DNA of 61,280 bases, filler included, from Jimgerdemannia flammicorona (Eukaryota), in the NCBI GenBank assembly GCA_003990765.1. It is 2 parts of 2 records of this genome, joined end to end, with 100 filler letters (N's around TTAATTAATTAA, not from the genome) between each part and the next. Parts side by side here need not be neighbours in the genome. Positions count along the whole stretch, not along the records: positions 1 to 30,590 come from RBNJ01000436.1; 1 more part is not named here. One strand, given 5' to 3'. Position numbers and translations under genes: made by a program. Below, piece after piece: positions 1 through 12,153 of the stretch. The number at the start of each line of letters is the position of its first letter. The stretch's first letter is position 1. The notes beneath the pieces are model-generated. The model was not told where the DNA came from, made no database searches, and was given only the letters and a program-made list of their open reading frames with translations.

Positions 1-18
1 AAAAAAAAAAAAAAAAAA

Positions 19-389
19 TGATACCAAGAACATTAAAATCGGATTACGTGTTGCCGAGATATTAAGGAAAACGTTCCATTTGACGAAATTTCCAAAATTG
101 GCAAATCGAAGAATTTCCAAAATCGGCAATTCAGACGTTTTCCTTCATAACTCAGCAACGCATGATCCAATTTCAATGTTCTTGGTATCATTAGATAGGC
201 CTTATTAAAGGCTTTCAAATGACACCATGATCATCAAATTTGGATGATTATTCATCGAGGTATTGATGTAAACATTTAATTGTCTAATTTGGAAATCAAA
301 ACAATGGTTGATTCGAATCCATCTGGATGGGATTCAATCCGAATCAATCTGAATCCAATCCGGATTAAATTGACTCGTTAGGAGCACTA
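19..389. mobile_element. Terminus of a hAT-like DNA transposon or MITE (ends GGAGCACTA)
   Basis: Clustered subterminal AATCCG/GATTCG-type motifs end in GGAGCACTA (reverse complement TAGTGCTCC). Similar ends lie at 33286-33294, 50343-50351 and 50702-50709. It truncates the gypsy sequence at 390. No transposase is seen. Confidence 0.45.
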
Positions 390-3300
390 ACCATATCATT
401 GATTTGGCTATAGGATGAGATAGTAACCATTTCAGTAGTAGTAACTCAGAGATAGAGAATAAAGATGCTATACTCAAAAAAGAGTTATCAGTACTTGTAA
501 GTGATGAGTTTCTAGTATTGAGACATCTGATTAATATCTATATCATAGTGATATTTGACCATATCTTCTAAAAGGTGGCCAATCTAATAGTAGCTTGAGA
601 TTTGTCTGATTTGGTGGGCTTCACTGAGCATATTCAGAGTATTCCATTAGGCTTCTATAAAGTAGAGAGGTACCAGGCTATGAATATTCATGAGAGGCAG
701 AGAAGGTGTGGCTCAGTTGATAATGGCATTCTAAATATCAGTACAGATATAGTTATAGATCTTGGTGGTACTAGTTGATATACTATAACTATTGTTCTTA
801 AGCTTAGGATAAATTCTTGATTGCAATCTGACTTAAATTTCATATTTATAATAAGAATTCTTCAACAGCTTCAATAGTAGAGGATTTATCAGTGGTTCTG
901 ATAAGTATCAAAAAGGTGTTCAGATTTTATCCTATATTGATAAAGAATGAGATCATTCTAAGAGAGACTTACTTGTTGTTATTGTAGATAAACTCAACTA
1001 TAGTAAGGTGTTTATACTAATTATCTTATCTATAGGAAATATAGTTCCTTAGTATTTGTTCTAGAGTTTAGTTTATTCTTTTAGTTTGACTATCAGTTTT
1101 AGGATGAAAGGCTGTAGATAGTACAAGTTTTGTTCTAAGGTATACATATAGGGCTTTCTAGAAGTAACTGGTGAACTTCAGATCTCAATTACTAATGATG
1201 ATCTTAGAAAGACCATGATAGTGAAAAATATTATTAAACAAGAGTGTGGCTATATCTAGTACTATTACAGTAGTAATAGTTGATACAAAGTAGACTTGTT
1301 TGCTAAGATAGTCTATAAAGACAATAATTATATCTTTCCCATTCTTGGTTTAGAGTAGTTATATAATGAAGTCTATAGAGATTTATTTCCAATTAGTAGA
1401 TGGTACTGGAATAGAGTAGAGTAGATTAGGTTTTGCTAGTATTGAGGACTTATTATATTGATAGGTATCACAGAAAGTAATATAGATCTTTAGCTGATCT
1501 GCCATATGGGGCCAATAGAAGTTTTAGGAGATAACTTCATAGTATTTGTCAAATCCTAAATATCTAGCTATAGGGATATCATGACATTCAAATAGAATAG
1601 TCCTTCAGAGATCTCAATTGTTTGGAACATACAATATGTCCTTATAGTAGATATATAGTATTGTCCTTCAGTTGGTATTGATGATATTAGGTGTACTTAT
1701 CAATATCATCACTGTTCAGAATTTCTCAGAGTGCTTGAGCTTCTTTATCATCAATATATACTATAATGATTTGTTCCATAATAAAGTTAGTCATCAGGGT
1801 GAGGGTTTGGATAACTTTTTTGATTAGTGGTCTGGAAATTACACTGGTAACAATATTCTCCTTACCAGAATGATACTGGATTTCAAGTTAACATTGGTGA
1901 GGACTTTCATCCATCTGGCTTGCTTTCAGAAAAAGGTAGCCTGGATCTTAATATTGACTGATGATTTGTGGTCTATTAAAATAGTAAAGTATACTCCTTC
2001 AAGATATAGTTGTTATTTGATCAGGGTGTCTATGATGGCTAGCATTTCCTTCTCATGAATTGTATAGTTGATTTTGATATCATTGAACTTGTGAGAATAA
2101 TAGGCCACAGGGTATCCTTCTTATATAAGTACTGTTCCAAGAGCTAGATCAGAGACATCAGTAGTAACTTTATAAGATAGGGCAGGGTTTGCTGCTTGAA
2201 GTACTAGAGTGGTTATCAAGGTAACTTTTAGTACTTAAAAGACTGTATCTTATTCAGATCCCTAATTTACAAGATTATTGAAGTCTTTTTCTTATTTTGT
2301 AGTCCAGAGCTGTTCTTCTTTCTTACTGTGCTTAGTTATTTGGATAAGAGCAGTAGTGATCTTGGTGAAGTTGATAACAAATTGCTGGTAATAGTTTACT
2401 AGTCCTAGGAATGACTGGAGGTCCTTCAACTTCTTGGGTCTTGGTCATTTCTTGATTGTAGAGATTTTGCTAGAGTTTACTTTAATTCTATTGAGAGTGA
2501 TAATATATCTAAGAAATTGAATTTTCTTCAGGAGAAATTCATATTTGCTGAGTTTTGCAAAGAGTTGGTTTTCTCAAAGCTTCAGTAGTACTAGTTCAAG
2601 ATGTTTGAGATATTTCTCCAGAGTTTTGCTGAAGACTAGAGTATTGTAAATATAGATAATAATAAATTTATCTAAGTACAGATATAGGATAGTATTCATC
2701 AGTATCTGGAAGATTGTAGGAGCATTAGTTAAGCCAAAAGACATAATCAAGAACTTGAAATATCTATAGTGAGTTCAGAAGGCAGTTTTGTAAATATCTT
2801 CTTCTTTTATGGCAATTTGTCAGTAACTGTTTTGTAGGTCAAAAGAGCTCATAAATTGTGAGTTGGTGAGCCTATTAAATATTTTATTGATTTGGAGTAG
2901 TGGGTAGCAGTTTTTGATAGTCTGTTCATTGAGATCTCAGTAATCAATATATATTCACAGATCTTCTCCTTTCTTGATAAAGAGGATTGGTGCACTATAT
3001 GGTAATATACTAGGTCTAATGAATTCTTGTTCTAGGAGTTCATCAATTTTCTTCTTAAGTATATCAATTTCTCTAAGAGATATGTAATAAATTGACTTGA
3101 AGACAGGCTTGGCATCTGAGATAGTCTTGATGGTATGGTCTACTACTTATTTAGGTAGTAGGCCTTTTGAGAGTTTCTTTGAAAATATGTCTCAGAATTT
3201 CTAAAGTAAGGATCTAATATGGCTGTCAACTTTGGAAAATTCTACTTCAAGATTCTTGGCTTTACCTTTAAATAGTCAGATGAAGATAGTAAAGAGAGGA

Positions 3301-6300
3301 TATTTCTTGGCTAGTTTCTTGAGTTGTAGCTTGTTGATATGGGTAATCTTTGGGTCAGAGTCACTAAAACTGAGTGGGTCTTTTTTACTTTACAATTTGA
3401 AATTATGGTATTCTTTCTTGATAGTCAGAGAATAGTTTATTCAATCAATCATAGGGTTCTCTTGTTTTAACCATAGGGTCTCAAGGATGATTTTATTATC
3501 AAGAAGTAATATGATCTAGAGTATAACATATACTCAGTAGTCACCAATTCAGAAGGATAGGTTGTAGACTTCCTTGCTAATAATATGAGAGGTTCTATCA
3601 GCTATAGTAACTGCTTGAGTCTATTATACTAGAGAAGTCAGGACCTTGAGTCTGTTGGCTGTTTCTTCATTAATGAGACTGCTTGAGGCATTGCTGTCTA
3701 TCATAATCTTGACAGATACTCAATTGATAAAAGCTTAGAGTATAAGCAGTTTTTCTGATCCAATAGTGATAATTTTAGTTGTAAGAGCTTTCCTTCTATT
3801 GGTTCTCCTTTAGGCCAGTTTATTGATACAAGAGAAGCAATCATTGATCATTCAGAAAGAATAAATTCCAATGCTATAAGAGTATTGGCCACTTGGTATA
3901 AATCTATCTTCAATTTTCTTATAGAATTATTCTTCCTTATTTATAGTAGATTGGGCTGGGGTCTTGTTTGATAAGCCAAATTCTTTGGATCTTCTGATAG
4001 TAGGCAGTAGTTCTGGGACTTTCTTAACTATCAGGGTTGACTCAATTTTTTCAAATAGAATTTGAGTAATACAAAAACTTGAATAGTGTCTAACTATAGT
4101 TTCAGATAAGAACAATAATTTCACCTGTGTAATCTTTATCAATGATTTCTCTTTCTACTGAGAGTCCTTTTAATGCTAGGCTACTACAACAATATATTCT
4201 TCCAATATATCTATCAGGGATTTGAATGCTGATTCCTATATAGACTTGCTTGACTTCTTAATTGAAAACTATAGCTTCTTCAGCTATATATAGGTCATAC
4301 ATATCTAGCTGTTTTTTGACTTTCTTTGCTTGGAGCTATAGCAGTAGATCTTAACTTGACAGAGTCTAATGTCATAGTAGTTAGATTATTGAGGTGATGT
4401 AGAGTGATAACAGTTACTTATATTACTGTTTAGGGTTTTTGATTGGAGCAGACACTGGCTATATATTCTGTCTTTCAGCAATAGAAGTATACTCTACTTC
4501 TTCAAAGTTTATTTCTTTCTTCTTCAGTGAGTTTCTTAAAGATACTTAGCTGAGTGGATTCAGAATTTCAAAGTATCTAAGAGATAGATATAGAGAGAGC
4601 TTGGAATACTTCATGCTTGAGTTCTTCTTTCTTGGTCCAAGCTTTTTCCTTATTGTTGAATTGTCTTTGAGGCAGAATTGGTCCAGCTATTAGAATTCAC
4701 TTAACCATAGTCTTGATTCTTACCAGATACCATTATTGGTAATTACAACTAACTGAGTATTCTTGTTCTCAGATCTTTCTTGTAAGTCATTCAGATAGTA
4801 TATCAAATAAATGGTCTACTCTTATACTATTCCGTATTTCATCATTAGCAATATATTCTAGACCAACAGTATTCAGGAGTAACTTAAGTTTTGTACAGAA
4901 AGTTTCAAATTTCTCCTTACTATATATATTAAATTTAAGGTTGCAAAGTTTAAATTGAGATTCAGCAATCAAGTTTTACTGCAATATTGAGCAATTATGA
5001 GTTATTTAAGTCTGAGGGCCACAAGATGGTCTCTATATCCAGGGGTATTATTTGCTGTATTTTGGACAATAACTATAAATTAGATATCCTATATGAGGAG
5101 TTTTTCAGAAAGAGTTCACCACCATCTTTGCCAGATCCTCAGAAGAATGTAACAACTCATTGAACATAAACTGTAGTAGTAGCAAAGAGTTGTTCCAGAG
5201 TATGGTCTTGATTATTTATCAGAAGACAGTAAGTAACTCACTTATTAGTCTATTGGTTGGCTTCAAAATTGGTATCAACTACACTAATAAAGCTTTGGAC
5301 TTTCTGTATAGTATTATTGAAGATAGGCAGGCTCAGACTTTTTGTTGATCAGATCTGTTCAGCTAAGATAATAATAGTTGCTGTCATTATGGCTACTTAG
5401 GCTGTGAGATCTAGAATCTGTTAGTTTGCTATATTGTTCACTGGAGATAGTTGGACTACTGGTAATAGTGTTACTGGTACAACTTGAGGTACTGGTGCAG
5501 AGTATGATGGTATTCTTTGAGTCTGTATAAGTTGCTAGAGTAACTGTTGTGAGTCTGGAGTAAGGGCTTAATAGATAACTATCTGTTGCTATGTAGGTGT
5601 GTTTTGTCCTGACAGAGATATATCTCCTTCAGTAGTGTACTATCTGAGATTAAATTCACTAAGATACTCCTCCTCCTCTTCACTTTGGTCTCCATATAGT
5701 TGGGTTTGCTCAGTGTCAAAGTAGATAGTATCAGTTGTATATTAGATTTCAGATGAGCTTAATTGAAAAGCTAGTTCTAGTTTAGTAGAGATTTCAGTTT
5801 CAGATAGAGTTTTAGCTGAGCCTACTTCTGATTCAGAGTTAGGTTATTGATGAAGGGTTTCTCTTACTTCTTCTTTCAGAATATAGCAGGTCTTATAATT
5901 TTAGAAGTAATAATATAAGGCAGTCTTGGTCCTGGTATGATGAAAGTCAGTAGAGTTGAGCTACTTAACTATAGAGACTTGGGTTTTATGAGAAACTAAG
6001 GCAAGGAAGATAGCTGCTGGTTATCCTAGATTGCTTGAGTTTATAGAGCTAACAAAACTCTTATTGAGAAGAGTAAAGAAGGCTTTTATTAATCCTTCTT
6101 CATCTTAACTTGTAGGGTGTAGAGTAAGGAGTTTAATATATAGAGTTTTGCTTATCTGCTGATTTAATTAGAGTACTTCTTTTTGTAGATAAAGTCTGTC
6201 CCACTTGTTGTAGGTGTGGAGGTCAAATTGTCCTTATATGTTAGATTCAATTCTATCCAGATTGTCAGATAGTTCAGAATGAATTCTAGTTCAGAAATTG

Positions 6301-6397
6301 GACTTAATACCAACTTATAGGAATTCTTATAAAGATTTATAGCAAAGTGAGAAAGCATCTTAAAGCAGAATTGGATTATAAACCACTGCTTCTAAGT
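390..6397 (-). mobile_element. Heavily degenerate Ty3/gypsy retrotransposon (gag-PR-RT-RH-IN relics plus 3' extra ORF relic)
   Basis: The minus strand reads KTAF*THYRYFKFLIMSFGL (RT, ~2730-2790), FYWPHM (integrase zinc finger region, ~1500-1520) and LSTAFHPKTDSQTKRIN (integrase core, ~1070-1125). Domain order is RT-RH-IN. Many stops. The right boundary is approximate. Confidence 0.85.
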
Positions 6398-6975
6398 TGT
6401 AAAAGAGTTACTTATAAAGTACCATTATGTAATTCTAGATGGGTTTTCTGGAAGTTCTGGATATTCTTAAAGACTGTTTTCTTAAGATCAAGATCAATTT
6501 CATATAGAGTATATTCTCTATACTTATTGATTTCAAGATCAGATTAATATCTCAATTAAAGTTCTTTTTTGGACTAGTTCTGGATATTCAGGAGTTTCTA
6601 TATTTTAGGAAGTTTAAGAAACTAAAACCAGCTTAGTTGAATTGACATAATGCTGCAGACAATACCTAATTAGAAAATTTCATAATATGGTTAGGAGTGA
6701 GACCTAACAGAGTGTAGATTTACTTAAGAGTGGTTTGTGGGTTATTAAATAGATTTATTTACTATTCATAATATTGCTATACTAGGAGTATGTAGTATAT
6801 AAAGAGATATTGTGGGAAAGTGTTCAGAAGTTGTTATATATTCAGATCTGTTCAAGTCTGAGTTTCTGAGATCTGAGAGAGAGGGTATTTATACTAATAG
6901 AAGACTATCTAGACTATACTAATATAGATGTAGTACTTAGTGTCTTACTGAGTCAGAATATGGTCACATAATATA
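6398..6975 (-). mobile_element. LTR (family B), left part, interrupted by the PLE palindrome
   Basis: Starts TGTAA and aligns with the LTR at 41980-42720. Minus-strand TATAAATA at ~6886-6893. Continues at 16050. Confidence 0.7.
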
Positions 6976-7468
6976 TATATATATATATATTTATTATAAA
7001 ATGAGTAGATAATAGAGGAATAGTTTAGAGTGAGATATGATACTATTATGGCGGATATGAAAGTCAGCAGTAAGAGGTCAAAACAGAGGAAGCAGTAATC
7101 TTATGTGAATTTTCATGACGGAACAAAAGTAAGCAGAATAAAGTGTTTTCTGAAGTAAGGTGCAATAGATCTGCAACCTGTCCTCAGTACCGCAATACGT
7201 GGTAGTCTTTATTCATTTTGAGAAACAAAGTTTGGGTAAACAAAGATATGGATCTAACCCCAGAATTCCGGAATTGGATAGGTGCATAAGTACCCAGACC
7301 TTGCCTCAATCCAAACAATGGTCTGAATCGGGCTTCATTAATCTACATATGTGACGGGCCATTAAAAAACCCGATATAGTAATGATCAGGAAAAAGGTTC
7401 CGGTCACATGATCTAATGTTACACATACAGTAAACAATACTAAAAACGGAACTAGACCAATGACACAT

Positions 7469-7488
7469 TTTTTTTTTTTTTTTATAGT
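7469..7488 (-). mobile_element. Extremely 5'-truncated LINE insertion (poly-A plus 5 nt)
   Basis: T15-ATAGT is flanked by a 17-bp duplication CTAGACCAATGACACAT (7452-7468 and 7489-7505). It matches the LINE 3' end GACTATA(A)n at 23527-23545 and 42787-42813. It is absent from the other pLTR copies. Confidence 0.75.
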
Positions 7489-7765
7489 CTAGACCAATGA
7501 CACATCATGTGTTGTCACATGATTGTCACTTATAGGTTTAAAAACCTAAAAATTGTCGGCACCCAAAGGCGCAGGTGTCAGGCCTAGAGCCTCGCAACTG
7601 GAGTGGAGTAGAGTCTTGGCACCAGAGCAAGTGAAGCGAGCAGAGGTAGACAGGTGTCATAGAGTGTAGATACGCAGGCATCAGGCCTAGAGTCTCGTGC
7701 CGGAGGTTGTCCAGCGATTTTTCACGTTTTTAAACATTGCATGGCATATATGAGCCATGCAGCCT

Positions 7766-9771
7766 TCAAGGAGGACTTAGAGCGAAGCTGGTATTTGAGA
7801 CGGCATTAAGAATGGTAAAACCATTCTTCCGGGCAATGATAGATTGCTGGGCAGTTGCAGGGAAACCAAAACGAAACAAAGCGGTACATAGAGTCTTGTG
7901 GGCTGTTGATATAGCCATCGGGCCATATCATACTAGATGACAAGTAATGGGAGAGGAAAAGCAGAGTGGGGAATAGGGGGGTGGGAAATAAGGGGAGGGG
8001 TAAGAAGTGAAGTTCGGACCTCAAGCCAATCAACCAAACTCAACTGAGCAGTTACAACATCAACAGGGTATCCTTTCCTGTAAACCAGGAACTCAGCTAG
8101 GAGCCGACACTCATCAAGCCAATCATGGCGAGATGAGCAGAGTAACGATAGGTGGTGGGCCTCATTCACAATGCATAGACGGAGCATTTTTCTAGGATGA
8201 TTACTCAACTAGTCAACAAACTGCGTACTACACATAAACTTAACAAAGCGGCCTGTGCAGAATGGTGCGACTCGGATTTTCAGGTCCAGATAATGGCATG
8301 GTCCAGCGGATAAGACTTCCCATTCAATACGATGATATGGGGGATATATGGCACCAAAGATTGCGGCCAAGTCCATAATCACAGGCGTAAAGACAATAAG
8401 ATCATCAATATACTGGCAGAACTTAAGCCCGGCTTTGATGGCTCGGCTTAGCAGATAGTCGGGCACTTGCAAGGCATGCAACTCATGAGCAAAACCAATG
8501 AGGTTGGCAAGATCCGGGGCACAATTTGTCCCCATAGCAACACCAGACACAGAGCAGAAGGAACCGATGGCGGATGTGAACATCATATGGGTCATGACAA
8601 TGCGGACAAGGCCGAGAATGGCTTCAAGCGATAAAGAGCCAGGGGGGAAGGCCACTGTTGATAAGTAGGTAAGGCAGTCGATGCACTCATCTAATGTAAT
8701 TCTGGTGTAGAAGGCAGCGAAATCCCCAGTAGCAACATAGTTACAATCTGACATGTCTAGGTAATCCGGTTGAACCAGCTGTAGCAGTTCAAGCATATCA
8801 TGTAGAGGTGAATAACGTGAATAACCCACATTATAGTGCAGATGGGCCAACCACAGGCAGAGAAAGTGAGATAGGAAATGTGAAATCTCAGTTGTGGGAG
8901 AGTTAAAAGCACCGATGATAGGACACCATGCCATGTGAGCCCCTTTGTGTACCTTGGGCAAAGCATGAAACACAGGCATCTTGCAATCGCTAGGCTCCAT
9001 GAGGTGTTCTCAAATCGGTATACAATTCTTGTCGCTAATGCAGAACTTGAGTAGACCCAACAGGTCTAACCTCACTGATTCCTTAACGTCATCAATCATA
9101 GAGGGATCATTCATGTATGCAGGATCATGAAGGAGAGACAGAAGACCATCGAGATAAAGAGCATGCAGAATTACAGCGAACCCCAGATTTTTGTCAGTAA
9201 GATAAACTGTAAAGTTGTCATGAGTATGGACACCTTCAAGAAGGTGTTGGAACTTCTTCGGTACAAGCGCACTGGACATATTCGTCATGGGTCAAATAGC
9301 TTGATTCAAAGTGGTACTCATATGGAGTATAATTTGCATATTTTCCATATAGTGTGGCAGTCGCCATTTAGATGGCACCCAGGCGGAGATCTCCAGGACA
9401 TCGTCAGGATTACCCATGGAGGTCCAGAAGGTGGCAAGGTCGAGACGCCATTGGAATGACAACAATGAAATCAGGTCAATGGTGCTGTTCATCGATGCCA
9501 ACCCAGGGAGAACAAACTTAGGACCAAAGTTCAGCATATATGTGAGCTTGGGGGTAAGCCAAGGTGGAGGTATATCTGTAACAAAGCCCTCCTCAGTAAA
9601 CATCTGAAACTGAGGGACAAAAAACTGACTTAAGTGAGAACCGGAAAGAGAAGACACAAAGGCAAAATCTTCAATTGGTGTCGAGGCCACTACCCTACAT
9701 GGAATGGAGACATTGGGGCCAAACCACGCTGCTGGGAAGTCATATAAGACATCCGGGCTGGGGACCTCTAG
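7766..9771 (-). pseudogene. PLE ORF2, reverse transcriptase (left copy; in-frame stops, one frameshift)
   Basis: ORF pieces 9292-9690, 9010-9288, 8209-9000 and 7933-8208 share one frame, separated by single stops. Confidence 0.85.
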
Positions 9772-10928
9772 TTTTTTGAAGCTAGAGGGCAGATGTCGCC
9801 GGTATTATGCCAGACAACATGATGTTTGGCGGTAGTACACTTGTTGCACTGTGGCACAAATGCCCTGGTAGTGCTCTTAGATGAGCAGCTTGAAGTCGAC
9901 GAGCGGCTGGTCCCAGTAGAAGCAGAAGAAATGGATGGGGAAGGCGAAGCCTTATGTACTCACTTGATCCCTTTTATAGAATCCACTGTCTCGGCAGGGG
10001 CTAGGGGGCAAGGACCCTGGTGGGCCTTTGCAGGTACACCAAGGCATCCAGAACAACTATGGCAGTTCGGCACGGCAGAGGCTGAAGTCACATCCACCAT
10101 CTTGGCCTTTCCCGTGACCCCCACAGGTGCAGCAGTAGAGGGTGGGGGGGTGGGGACACTCTTTTTCGGCTGGGCAGAACTGGCAGCAGCAGAAGCAAAC
10201 ATGCATTTAGCACCTGGAGTAACGATCTCAGGGTGCTTTCCAAGCTCCTCAACTATGGCCTTGCAGGTGGCAGCAGAAATCCCATCTTGCAGAGAGGAGG
10301 ATACAGGGACAGTCAGGCGGACTGTGGTGGCGGCGGCTTTGGCAGCAGTGGCAGCAGCAAGACAGCAAGATTGATGCACAACAACATCAAAACCATGGAG
10401 CAGAAACAAGTTTGTCTTGGCCCTGTCAGCAGCAGTGAGGGAGGCAATATTCTTGCTAACTCCTTGAGTAATATCAATGGATATCCCAAAGAAGTTATGA
10501 GCATCAGAAGACCCACCCATGGCCTTGTTGATTTTAGCATGCTGGTCCTTAGCGTGCTGGGTGGCGGCATCTTGATCAGAGACGGCAGCCTCGATCACGG
10601 CAGTGGTACGGTGCTTAGCTTCTGCCGAAGCAGTAGTAAGGGCGGCGTCATGCTGTTCCTCTGGGAGGAGGGCGATCGTAGCAGTGACCTTCTTGGAAGG
10701 AGTAAACTTCCAATCAGCAACTTGAGCTCTCAAAAAAGTAGCCCAGTGCTCACGCATAGCAGCAACCTCAAGAGTATGAAGTACTCTGGTGCAAGTAGCA
10801 TGGAAGCTAGCAGGGACCTTGGCAAGCAAAGCAGTCAAGAAGATGGCCAGGTCGTCGAAGTTCACCAAATCGGTGAAAGAAGCTTTGGGGACGGCAGTAT
10901 TGCCATCTACATTCATGTTATCTATCAT
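9768..10928 (-). pseudogene. PLE ORF1 (~386 aa; Ala-rich helical region, two CCHC-like knuckles)
   Basis: ATG at 10928, one internal TGA at 9960-9962 (CGA in the other arm). Ends ...CPLASKN-TAG. Confidence 0.75.
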
Positions 10929-12153
10929 GTTGTATATTATAAAACGAGTAGATAATAGAGGAATAGTTTAGAGTGAGATGTGATACTGTTACGACAGATA
11001 TGAAAGTCAGCGGTAAGAGGTCAAAACAGAGGAAGTAGTAATCTTATGTGAATTTTCATAATGGAACAAAAGCAAGTGGAATAAAGTGTTTTCCGAAGTA
11101 AGGTACAATAGATCTGCAACCCACCCTCAGCACCGCAATACGCAGTGGTCTTTATTCATTTTGAGAAACAAAGTTTGAGTAAACAAAGACACAGATCTAA
11201 CCCCAGAATTCCAGAATCGGATAGGTGCATAAGTACCCAGACCTTACCCTGATCCAAACAATGGTCTGAATCGGGCTTCATCGATCTATACACATGATAG
11301 ACCATTAAAAAACCCGATATAGTAACAATCGGGAAAAAGGTTCCGGTCATGTGATCTAATGTTACACATACAGTAAACAATGCTAAAAACAGAACTAGAC
11401 CAATGACACATCACATGTTGTCACGTAATTGTCACTTATAGGTTTAAAAACCTAAAAATCATTGGCACCCGAAGGCGCAGGTGTCAGGCCTAGAGCCTTG
11501 CCACCAGAGCAGAGTAGAGCCTCAGCACCGGAGCAAGCAAAGTGAGCAGAGGTAGACAGGCATCACAGAGTGTAGGTACGTAGGTGTCAGGCCTAGAGCC
11601 TCACGCCAGAGGTTGTCCAGCGATTTTTAGGTTTTTAAACCTATAAGTGACAATTACATGACAACATGTAATGTATCATTGGTCTAGTTCCGTTTTTGGC
11701 ATTGTTTACTGTATGTGTAACATTAGATCATGTGACCAGAACCTTTTTCCCAATCATTACTATATCGGGTTTTTTAATGGCCTGTCATATATGTAGATCG
11801 ATGAAGCCCAATTCAGACCATTGTTTGGATCGGGGCAAGGTCTGGGTACTTATGCACCTATCCGATTCCGGAATTCTGGGGTTAGATCCATGTCTTTGTT
11901 TACTCAAACTTTATTTCTCAAAATGAATAAAGACCACCGCGTATTGCGGTGCTGAGGGTGGGTTGCAGATCTATTGCACCTTGCTTTGGAAAACACTTTA
12001 TTCCGCTTGCTTTTGTTCTGTCGTGAAAATTCACATAAGATTACTGCTTCCTCTGTTTTGACCTCTTACTGCCCACTTTCATATCCACCATAACAGTATT
12101 ACATCTTGCTCTAAACTATTCCTCTATTATCTACTCGTTTTATAATATACAAC

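Larger units (their letters stand above)
6992..11621 (-). mobile_element. Penelope-like retroelement, endonuclease-deficient (Coprina/Athena-type), left arm with pseudo-LTRs
   Basis: RT motifs FHALPKVHK, ATGDFAAFYTRI, GVAMGTNCAPDLANL, YIDDL and YLDL, plus thumb SNHP. No GIY-YIG. Direct pLTRs at 6992-7722 and 10935-11628. Confidence 0.9.

Noticed and set aside
6992..7010. Telomeric repeats at PLE ends
   Set aside because: No TTAGGG-type repeats at either junction.
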